Assembly (NCBI GenBank): GCA_015523565.1
Contig: WAKA01000106.1
Location: 1-11,106 of the forward strand
Reading direction: 5' to 3'
Source: Candidatus Heimdallarchaeota archaeon
GTDB taxonomy: Archaea; Asgardarchaeota; Heimdallarchaeia; Heimdallarchaeales; Kariarchaeaceae
DNA length: 11,106 nt
Positions 1-6,796 of this stretch are shown in pieces. Within the stretch, counting starts at the first letter, position 1. Every line of letters begins with the position of its first letter. The translations under genes were made by a program, and so were the position numbers. The notes under the pieces were generated by a model. That model saw only the letters and a program-made list of their open reading frames with translations. It made no database searches and was not told where the DNA came from.

Positions 1-164
1 ACAATATTTGGAAAAATAACGATCTTAGAGAGTTCCTCGTTTGGATTGGATTGAAGGAGAAAAACACCGATAATCCAGAATGCAAGAATTTCAGGAGTAC
101 GAGGGTAATTAAGTAAGGCATCCATTTTTTTGTTGAAATCAGTGAACAGTTCCACAATATCCAT
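1..164 (-). CDS. Hypothetical protein, N-terminal fragment (runs off the left edge)
   Basis: Not in the ORF track. Manual translation from ATG at 164 gives MDIVELFTDFNKKMDALLNYPRTPEILAFWIIGVFLLQSNPNEELSKIVIFPNI..., 54 codons with no stop up to the edge. It diverges from the 381 gene across an AT-rich intergenic region. Confidence 0.6.
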   Translation of the reverse strand, partial: MDIVELFTDFNKKMDALLNYPRTPEILAFWIIGVFLLQSNPNEELSKIVIFPNI

Positions 165-280
165 ACAAATGACAGGCTTTAAGGACTGACATGATGACAC
201 ACAACATATGCGATTTTCGCACCAGATTCTCGAATGGATTTTTAAAGTGATTTGAATCTCATAAACAAATAATATTATAT

Positions 281-300
281 GAAGAAATAAACTTATAAGT
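281..300 (+). promoter_or_regulatory. Putative archaeal BRE/TATA promoter for the 381..998 gene
   Basis: Purine-rich GAAGAAATAAA precedes CTTATAAG. Positions 291-300 (ACTTATAAGT) form a perfect palindrome. Confidence 0.45.
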
Positions 301-325
301 GTCCTGAGAAATCTAGATCAGGACA
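300..325. promoter_or_regulatory. 8-bp inverted repeat TGTCCTGA-N10-TCAGGACA (candidate operator or 5' hairpin)
   Basis: Perfect inverted arms at 300-307 and 318-325, immediately downstream of the TATA-like box. Confidence 0.45.
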
Positions 326-380
326 TCAACATGTCGTAACAGGTAGTCCGAAGTTAAACCTGTCCAAATAGGTGAATATT

Positions 381-998
381 ATGCTTGACATGCTGCTCAA
401 AGTTGAGACGGAGATCCGGCAGACCATACGGAATGCACAAAACACTAGACAACTATTCAGGCACGAATCAGGAAGGCAATTGATGCTTTCCGAAGTCATG
501 GAACATGGTGTAACCGATGGACCAATTATTGGTGCATTGGCGATCTTTTATGCACCAGGACAATTCCTGACATTAGACAGGATCATTGCAAAGAATCAAC
601 AATTCAAGAAGCAAAGGCGCATTATTTACTATTTGGATTCCAGGACAGGACAAATCGGATCTACCTTGTTACTTGAGCTGTTGAAGATACAGGATGGAGA
701 AAAATTCAGCAAAGCGGAGTTTGTTCAAAAAATCGATAAGGATTACTTTGAGGACTTTACAGTATCATCAGGTGAAATCAATGAGGCGCTTTCACGAATG
801 TTCAGAAAGACAATGAAGAACTATTTTGGGATTAACGGTCGATTTTTCTCAAGGAAACCATTCTCAATTTATTTCAGGAAAATAAAGGTTGGAAAGAACA
901 CGTTCGACAAGAATGCTTATGAAATGAGAAAGCATGAAATTGACCATCAAGTCAACCAATTTATCAACAAGTTAAATGCAACTTTTTCGAAATCATAA
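381..998 (+). CDS. Hypothetical protein, possible C-terminal winged helix-turn-helix (OmpR/PhoB-type-like) DNA-binding domain
   Basis: ORF 372..998. ATG at 381 is preferred because GGTGA (371-375) sits 5 nt upstream. LLLELLKIQDGEKFSKAEFVQKI...VSSGEINEALSRMFRK resembles the three helices of a winged HTH and is followed by a basic beta-rich segment. The CDS is confident; the domain call is tentative. Confidence 0.75.
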   Translation: MLDMLLKVETEIRQTIRNAQNTRQLFRHESGRQLMLSEVMEHGVTDGPIIGALAIFYAPGQFLTLDRIIAKNQQFKKQRRIIYYLDSRTGQIGSTLLLELLKIQDGEKFSKAEFVQKIDKDYFEDFTVSSGEINEALSRMFRKTMKNYFGINGRFFSRKPFSIYFRKIKVGKNTFDKNAYEMRKHEIDHQVNQFINKLNATFSKS

Positions 999-1028
999 AC
1001 AAAAGCTGGGCAATTGTTTGGTCAATTC

Positions 1029-1056
1029 GTGTCTTGATTCAGACACATTTTTATTT
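1029..1056 (+). terminator. Possible terminator of the 381..998 gene, or promoter element for the GTPase
   Basis: GTGTCT(1029-1034)-6 nt-AGACAC(1041-1046) followed by ATTTTTATTT. Confidence 0.3.
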
Positions 1057-1096
1057 ACTCTCTCATAAATTATTGTAAAAGAGGAATGGTCAATAT

Positions 1097-2032
1097 ATGA
1101 GTGGAAAGCAATTTGTATTCAAAATTTTATTGACAGGTGATGGAGCGGTTGGTAAAACCTCTATCAGGGAACGGTACATGGGTAAAGGATTTACAGGAAG
1201 TTACTTGAAGACGATTGGTGCGGATTTTGCTTCAAAAAAAGTGCAATTTGGAGAGAATAGGGTCACCTACCAGATTTTTGACTTGGCAGGTCAGGATGCA
1301 TATGTTACTGCCCGTAAATCATTTTATAAGGGCGGGCAGGCGGCATTCCTTGTCTTTGACGTTCAAGATCCACAGACATTGACAAATTTAAGCCAATGGG
1401 TTGATGATTGCATAAATAATTCTGAAGGAACTGTCCAGACATTCATTATCTTAGGAAACAAGGCAGATTTGGTTGAGACTAGGCAAGTTTCCAATGAAAT
1501 GGCTGTTGAATTCATCCAACAATTGGTTGCAAAGACAGGTCTTACATTCTATTATATGGAAACCTCTGCAAAAACAGGAATGAATATCGACTTGGCATTC
1601 CAATTAATGGGGCAAAGGTTGCTGAAAAAGCATAATATTGACATAGAAGTTGAACTTCCTGACTCGGTCTATGAGATTGGTCCAGGTATGGGAAGCGGCA
1701 ATGTTGAAAAGGAAGTTGCAGAAGCTGTTGAGACAGTGGTACAAGCTTCAGATGCGTTGATTGGAGGAATTTATACAGAATCTGGCAAACTGAATGCAAA
1801 AGTTGAGCAATTGGAAAAAGCGGTGTTGAAATTGGCAAAGAAAACAGATTTGATTGACAAGAAACTGACAAAATTGGTAATGATTGTCAAGGGAATTGTG
1901 GCAGGGGAAAGAAAAGGAGATTTAGAAGGGCTAGATCAACCAACAAAAGTCGAGATAGAGGAAGAGGATGAAGCGGCAATCAAAGCCCAAAAACAAAAAG
2001 AGTTTGGAGTTCCACCCATCCCCAAGAAATAA
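1097..2032 (+). CDS. Ras-superfamily (Rab-like) small GTPase with C-terminal coiled-coil extension
   Basis: G1 GDGAVGKTS, G2/switch I YLKTIGADF, G3 DLAGQ, SFYKGG and LVFDV (RabF4/F5-like), G4 NKAD, G5 ETSAK. A tail of about 130 aa has a heptad repeat and no C-terminal Cys prenylation motif. GAGGA lies at 1081-1085. Confidence 0.95.
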   Translation: MSGKQFVFKILLTGDGAVGKTSIRERYMGKGFTGSYLKTIGADFASKKVQFGENRVTYQIFDLAGQDAYVTARKSFYKGGQAAFLVFDVQDPQTLTNLSQWVDDCINNSEGTVQTFIILGNKADLVETRQVSNEMAVEFIQQLVAKTGLTFYYMETSAKTGMNIDLAFQLMGQRLLKKHNIDIEVELPDSVYEIGPGMGSGNVEKEVAEAVETVVQASDALIGGIYTESGKLNAKVEQLEKAVLKLAKKTDLIDKKLTKLVMIVKGIVAGERKGDLEGLDQPTKVEIEEEDEAAIKAQKQKEFGVPPIPKK

Positions 2033-2036
2033 TAAA

Positions 2037-2819
2037 TTAAACAACAACAAAAGAGTACTTGATTTTGTCGACAATACTGAAATAATTCAATGAACATTCT
2101 ATTGCATTTTGAATCGTTTTTTGGCGAGTTGATCCATAAATTCGGAAGTCTTTTTCCACAATCGATGAAATTTCATTCATTTCAAGGACGGGGTAGTCGG
2201 GAGAAATGTCCAGCCAATTTGCCAAATGCCACAGGTTAATGGAACCGTTCCATAGAAGATTTTCTTTCAGGAATTCATTCATTGTAAGACTTCTTTGTGT
2301 GATTGCAGTATAAAGAAATTCCATGCTATATTTTTCAGATTTCATTGATAAATCCTTTAAAGCATGCTCGTTTTCAGAAAGAAAAATTAAGGGTCGTGTG
2401 TTTGAAGGGTCAAGAATCTTAAGAGTTTTATTCAATTTAAGTAAAAGAATTCTTTCACGGGAAGGGGTCGTATATGAAACCCAATGAATAATCTTCATAC
2501 CTGTATCTATGCCCACAAGCCATAGTTGATCCTTTACAAATGAGGCATTTACCAAGATTGGGTTTTTGGGGAAAGGGGCAATAACAGGAAGGGATTGTCT
2601 CATTAGAATAGATGCTTCCCTTAGACTGAGAAAAGCAGTTTGGACATCTATGCCATAATCCATTGAAATCTGAAATGGGTCAAGCTTGAGGTATTGTTTC
2701 AAGGAGATAATTCCATCAGCAATGAGAAGTTGTTTTGTCTCCAAGGGGAGGGATACAAGGGTATTTACACTTTCACTTTCAATTTTGGATTGAATGAGGG
2801 CTTTGGAGAAATAATTCAT
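2037..2819 (-). CDS. Helix-hairpin-helix plus degenerate RNase_H_2 (TM0106/YprB-like DEDD exonuclease fold) protein, probably inactive
   Basis: ETKQLLIADGIISLKQYLKLDP...YGIDVQTA resembles an HhH domain. The C-terminal part follows the TM0106 C-terminal pattern (LWLVGI, ERILL, PLIFLS, SINLWHLANWL) but lacks the acidic catalytic residues. ATG 2819 is preferred over TTG 2834 because a TATA-like box lies at 2841-2849. Confidence 0.6.
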   Translation of the reverse strand: MNYFSKALIQSKIESESVNTLVSLPLETKQLLIADGIISLKQYLKLDPFQISMDYGIDVQTAFLSLREASILMRQSLPVIAPFPKNPILVNASFVKDQLWLVGIDTGMKIIHWVSYTTPSRERILLLKLNKTLKILDPSNTRPLIFLSENEHALKDLSMKSEKYSMEFLYTAITQRSLTMNEFLKENLLWNGSINLWHLANWLDISPDYPVLEMNEISSIVEKDFRIYGSTRQKTIQNAIECSLNYFSIVDKIKYSFVVV

Positions 2820-2840
2820 TAGGAAACATTGCAAAGGTCA

Positions 2841-2849
2841 TTTAATAAA
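2841..2849 (-). promoter_or_regulatory. TATA-like box (TTTATTAAA) for a probably leaderless transcript
   Basis: Lies 22-30 nt upstream of ATG 2819 in a 38-nt intergenic gap. Confidence 0.4.
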
Positions 2850-2857
2850 GTCGGATT

Positions 2858-3613
2858 TTAGATTCCGAATTTTAAGCGGGCACCAAGTTCTTCAGGCAAG
2901 TGGCATTGGTGAACTTCCTCAATAACCTCCTCAATATTGTAAGAGACACGCAAAAGCTCTGTTTTTTTATTTTTTAAGTCAATAATGGCATATGCCGCCC
3001 TAAAATCATTGTCTCTTGGTTGACCGATAGAACCAGGATTTACAAATATCTTGCCTGTGGCAGAATGATGCTCTCCTTGTATGTGTGAATGCCCTACAAA
3101 AAGATAATCCGTTTTTGTGGCGGCAAGGGCATTTTCGATTGATTCAATGAACAGATTGGTTGTGGGACCGTAAACATAGTCAAAAATAGTGACAGGATGC
3201 CCATGAACCAAGGTTGCATTTCCATATGGAGTTTCCAATATGGTTTTCAAGGGGAGGTGCAACAGGAATTTTTTATGATCTTCACTGAGTAGGGGATTGG
3301 TAAATTTAAGACTTGCTTGGGCCGCAGGTCGAGCAATCTTGAATAGTGGGTTTGAAAGATCAACTGCGGCCCAGTCATGGTTTCCCATGACAGATATGTC
3401 AATCATTGGACGAACCGTGTTCAGAACCTCAACAGGACGGGTATAATATCCAACAAGATCACCTAGATTGATTACAGCGTCAAAATCTCTTTTTTCCATG
3501 TCTTCAATGACTGCCATAAGGGCAGGGTAATTAGAATGAATATCCGCAATGAGTGCAATTCGTTCATAATCCCGTTGTTCAACAGTCACCTCAAAAAGGG
3601 CTTCGTCATCCAT
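2858..3613 (-). CDS. Calcineurin-like metallophosphoesterase (Metallophos_2 / PPP-like, MJ0912-type)
   Basis: All metal-binding motifs are intact: DIHSN, GDLVGY, GNHD, HG, GHSH. The family signature NPGSIGQPRD is present. Confidence 0.93.
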   Translation of the reverse strand: MDDEALFEVTVEQRDYERIALIADIHSNYPALMAVIEDMEKRDFDAVINLGDLVGYYTRPVEVLNTVRPMIDISVMGNHDWAAVDLSNPLFKIARPAAQASLKFTNPLLSEDHKKFLLHLPLKTILETPYGNATLVHGHPVTIFDYVYGPTTNLFIESIENALAATKTDYLFVGHSHIQGEHHSATGKIFVNPGSIGQPRDNDFRAAYAIIDLKNKKTELLRVSYNIEEVIEEVHQCHLPEELGARLKFGI

Positions 3614-3625
3614 TTATATTTCAAA

Positions 3626-3646
3626 CTAGAATTCTAGATTTATTAA
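3626..3646 (-). promoter_or_regulatory. TATA-like box plus perfect 12-bp palindrome CTAGAATTCTAG upstream of the phosphoesterase
   Basis: TTAATAAA on the minus strand at 3646-3639, 26-33 nt before ATG 3613. The palindrome spans 3626-3637. Confidence 0.4.
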
Positions 3647-3659
3647 GGTTGGGGAATCT

Positions 3660-4421
3660 TTATTCATCTGAAAAAGAAAGGGTGAGTAAAATAACAGAAA
3701 CAAGTGAGATAAATGAGAGGAAAGTGAAAATTGCAAGGTCATATTCTTCCTGAATTGTGACATTGTCTGAAAATCCCAGATACATTCGCCAAAAGAGAAG
3801 GGTTCCAAAAGTGATTAAAATTGCCATGGAAATTGTTAAAGCAACAATCCTTAGATAAAACGATATCAGGACATTCCGTTCAATGTTAATATTTTGCCTT
3901 GCAATATCAAATTCAGTGAATTTTAGTCTGTCAATAAATCCCTCATATAATTTTTGTGCTTTTTCTGTTTGGGGAACCATTGAAAACGTATCACTGTCAC
4001 CTTTAGTGGAAAGGTAGAAGAGAAACACAAAGTATGCCAAAACAGACACCCAGATGACATCCAACAGCAATATTTCAAAAGGAATTTGCGTAAATGGATT
4101 CTGGGTCAAAGGAAAGCGGATACCTGAAAAATATTGTTCAACACTGGACACCATAGTCAAGAAAAAGACAAAAAGAAGCATCTGGGATCTTGAAATGAGA
4201 CTGAATTCCTTAAAATTGCCATTGAGAATTAAAAGAGCCAAAAGCAGGAGTGTGAAAATTTGAGTAATTTTGAACCCAAACTGGAGAATTAGGGAGACAA
4301 TAACCAATACCGACAAAAGGCGGTTCATTAGGGAAGAGAAAAAGAAGTGTTTGGGATTGGAGAAGATAAATCCCAGTTCATAAAAGACATCGTTTTCATC
4401 CATTTTTTGCATAGTCACCAT
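3660..4421 (-). CDS. Polytopic membrane protein of unknown function (about 6 TM)
   Basis: 253-aa ORF with multiple long hydrophobic segments. It overlaps the DUF58 stop, suggesting translational coupling. The start could also be ATG 4412 or 4403. Confidence 0.8.
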   Translation of the reverse strand: MVTMQKMDENDVFYELGFIFSNPKHFFFSSLMNRLLSVLVIVSLILQFGFKITQIFTLLLLALLILNGNFKEFSLISRSQMLLFVFFLTMVSSVEQYFSGIRFPLTQNPFTQIPFEILLLDVIWVSVLAYFVFLFYLSTKGDSDTFSMVPQTEKAQKLYEGFIDRLKFTEFDIARQNINIERNVLISFYLRIVALTISMAILITFGTLLFWRMYLGFSDNVTIQEEYDLAIFTFLSFISLVSVILLTLSFSDE

Positions 4422-5758
4422 CTCCTAAAAGCATTTTTCATTGCCCGATCCAGCACATCCACGATGGTTTCTTTTTCATTTTGGATATATGCATAAACCG
4501 CATTGAATCGTTTCATTTCTTGGCTGACATAAATTCCTCTAAAAACTTCATCAAAGATGATGTTGTTTGCTATGATGTTTTGGAGGATTTTTCCGTACTC
4601 TTCACCAGTATATGTTTTTGCCACATCAGTCAATCGTTTACGATAGGAAAAGTCAAATCCACGGACATCGACAAAAATCAGGTTGTTTTTCATCATGACA
4701 ATCTTTCTTAATAGGTTAAGGAATTGGCTGACGTTGTATTCCAAATCACCTATAAATATAAATAGCTTGTTTGTGATTTTTTCCTTTTCCAAAGTTTTGG
4801 CAAGAACATTGAAGTTTACATAGACGTCCTTTGCTGTTTCACTGTAAATTTCGCCCCAGATACGCAATTGTTGTTTCCTGCTTTTGGAGGGTTTGAAATA
4901 GAATTTCACATCGGTATCGAAAAAGAGGAAACCAACAGGATGTCCCTGTTCCAATATTCCAGAATAAATATCCATTGCAGTTCCGAGGACAAAATCAAAT
5001 TTCTGCCCCCTCATTGTCGTTCCTCCCTGTAATGCCACGATAACTTCCAATTGTTTTTCATCTTCAAACTCCTTTGAAATGAGTTTGCCTCGTCTTGCAA
5101 CGGCGGGCCAATAGATGATTTTGGAGGGATCTCCTCGAATATATTCACGTAATCCATGGAAATCTTCACCCATACCTTTCCTTCTTATTGCATACACATC
5201 AGTGAGACGGGAAAAAACTTCCTTGACCCGCAACTCATTGACATGTGCTTCAAGCCTTTTGGGATAGATACGGACAGGAATGGATGGAATAGTCGCAAGA
5301 GGGGTGGCAAATACACCAAAAATATCCATTTGGTGTGCAGTGATTGGCGAAATCTCAAAGTATCCTCGTTTTAGGGGTAGCAGAGGAATGTTGATTGTTT
5401 TTGTCTGACCAGCGGACAGGGAAAGCATGACAACATTTGATTGATTGACAGGAAAGATATCAGGAGGAAGCGTGATTTTGATTTTGACGCTTGGCAAAGA
5501 TTTTGAGCTTTTGTTCGTTATTTTCAGTTGGATTACTTCCAATTCACCACGATATAAAATCCCATGTCTTGCCTTGCCTGTAAAGGTAACATCAATTTCA
5601 GGTAAAAAGGACAGATAGACCACATATGCCAAGAAGTAAAACACAAAGATGGAAACCATGGCAACAGAAAGGTATGACTGAAGAATGTTTCCAATAATAA
5701 GCAGTGCCATGCTTAGTGCAATAATTATTATGCCTCTAGCCGTAAGTGTTGTTTTCAT
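4415..5758 (-). CDS. DUF58 (COG1721) protein: N-terminal TM hairpin, Ig-like domain, vWA-like domain
   Basis: Signature GEDFHGLREYIRGDPSKIIYWPAVARRGKLISKEFEDE; Ig-like segment ...LKITNKS...PLKRGYFEISP...DIFG. Directly downstream of moxR, with a GTGAT RBS-like site. Confidence 0.92.
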   Translation of the reverse strand: MKTTLTARGIIIIALSMALLIIGNILQSYLSVAMVSIFVFYFLAYVVYLSFLPEIDVTFTGKARHGILYRGELEVIQLKITNKSSKSLPSVKIKITLPPDIFPVNQSNVVMLSLSAGQTKTINIPLLPLKRGYFEISPITAHQMDIFGVFATPLATIPSIPVRIYPKRLEAHVNELRVKEVFSRLTDVYAIRRKGMGEDFHGLREYIRGDPSKIIYWPAVARRGKLISKEFEDEKQLEVIVALQGGTTMRGQKFDFVLGTAMDIYSGILEQGHPVGFLFFDTDVKFYFKPSKSRKQQLRIWGEIYSETAKDVYVNFNVLAKTLEKEKITNKLFIFIGDLEYNVSQFLNLLRKIVMMKNNLIFVDVRGFDFSYRKRLTDVAKTYTGEEYGKILQNIIANNIIFDEVFRGIYVSQEMKRFNAVYAYIQNEKETIVDVLDRAMKNAFRRW

Positions 5759-5768
5759 TTTGGATCAC

Positions 5769-6710
5769 TTAGATGGCAACTTCAGATTCTTGAAGGATTC
5801 TGTTGACTAGATCCCTGATTTTGACACGGGCAAGTTCAGCCTCATGAGAAAGTACAAGTCTATGGTTAAGAACATCAAAGGCAATATATTTAATGTCATC
5901 AGGTTCAACAAAATCCCTTCCATTCACAGCTGCAGTTGCTTTCCCCAATTGCATGAGGGCAAGGCTTGCACGTGGAGACGCACCAAGTTCAATATTTCGG
6001 TTATTTCGTGTGTTTGTGACAATGTTGAGGATATAGTCAATAATCTCCTCAGATATGTCCACCTTTGGAATATATTGTTGGATTTCAATTATTTTTTCCC
6101 GATTTGTCAAGGTTTCCACTGAAGGGTTGAGATCATGATGTTTAAGCCAAAGCATTTTCTTTTCCACATCACGGGTCGGGAAATCGATAAGTAGTTTAAT
6201 CAGGAAACGATCCTGTTGTGCTTCAGGGAGGGGATAGACACCTGCATTTTCAAGAGGGTTCTGTGTCGCAATTACCAAGAAGGGAGTGTCCAATTTTCTT
6301 GCCATTCCCTCAACAGACACTTGACGTTCTTGCATTGCCTCCAAGAGGGCGGATTGGGTTTTTGGGGGACTTCGGTTTATTTCATCACATAAGAGAAAGT
6401 TTGTGAAAACAGGACCCTCCATGAATTCAAATTCCATGACTTTTTGATTGAACACATTGACACCAGTAATATCAGAGGGCATGAGATCAGGAGTGAATTG
6501 TATTCTGTTGAATTTTAGACCAAGGATTTCCGCCAAGGTAGAAGCTGCAAGTGTTTTTGCAAGTCCAGGATTCCCTTCCAGCAATACATGCCCATTTGCC
6601 CATAAAGCGATCAGGATTTTTTTCAAGTATGTTTCATACCCAACCAATCTTTTCTTTGCCTCTTTCATCACAGATTCAGTGATTTGCTTTACCTCTTGAG
6701 AATTTACCAT
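5769..6710 (-). CDS. moxR: MoxR-family AAA+ ATPase (MoxR proper subfamily)
   Basis: Walker A GNPGLAKT, RIQFTPDLMPSDITG, Walker B LLCDEINR, PPKTQSALLEAMQE, ATQNP, YPLPEAQQDRF, GASPRA. ATG 6710 (MVNSQEV) is preferred over 6749 because the extra 13 codons span a TATA box. Confidence 0.97.
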   Translation of the reverse strand: MVNSQEVKQITESVMKEAKKRLVGYETYLKKILIALWANGHVLLEGNPGLAKTLAASTLAEILGLKFNRIQFTPDLMPSDITGVNVFNQKVMEFEFMEGPVFTNFLLCDEINRSPPKTQSALLEAMQERQVSVEGMARKLDTPFLVIATQNPLENAGVYPLPEAQQDRFLIKLLIDFPTRDVEKKMLWLKHHDLNPSVETLTNREKIIEIQQYIPKVDISEEIIDYILNIVTNTRNNRNIELGASPRASLALMQLGKATAAVNGRDFVEPDDIKYIAFDVLNHRLVLSHEAELARVKIRDLVNRILQESEVAI

Positions 6711-6731
6711 ACATCCAAAACAATTTGAACA

Positions 6732-6740
6732 TATATATAA
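6732..6740 (-). promoter_or_regulatory. TATA box (TTATATATA) for the moxR-DUF58 transcription unit
   Basis: Lies 22-30 nt upstream of ATG 6710 within an 86-nt AT-rich gap. Confidence 0.55.
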
Positions 6741-6796
6741 CTCACTCATATAAGCAATATTTTTTCGAATTAAATTTCACTGAATTGAAAGGTGTT

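Noticed and set aside
1086-1100. Tiny upstream ORF ATG GTC AAT ATA TGA overlapping the GTPase start (ATGA)
   Set aside because: Only four codons and directly adjacent to the GAGGA site, which is too close for initiation; likely chance.
1542-1871. 109-aa minus-strand ORF
   Set aside because: Antisense shadow of the well-supported GTPase, with no motifs.
2858-3613. Phosphoesterase as a Vps29 (retromer) orthologue, given the nearby Rab7-like motif
   Set aside because: Its length, intact GNHD and NPGSIGQPRD motif fit the widespread prokaryotic MJ0912/PPP-like family rather than Vps29.
3553-3808. Short ORFs 3553..3753 (+) and 3626..3808 (-)
   Set aside because: They overlap real genes and a promoter region and show no coding signatures.
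6711-6749. N-terminal CxxC extension (MSELYICSNCFGC) on MoxR
   Set aside because: It overlaps the TATA box, so the true start is more likely ATG 6710 and the Cys motif is probably not translated.
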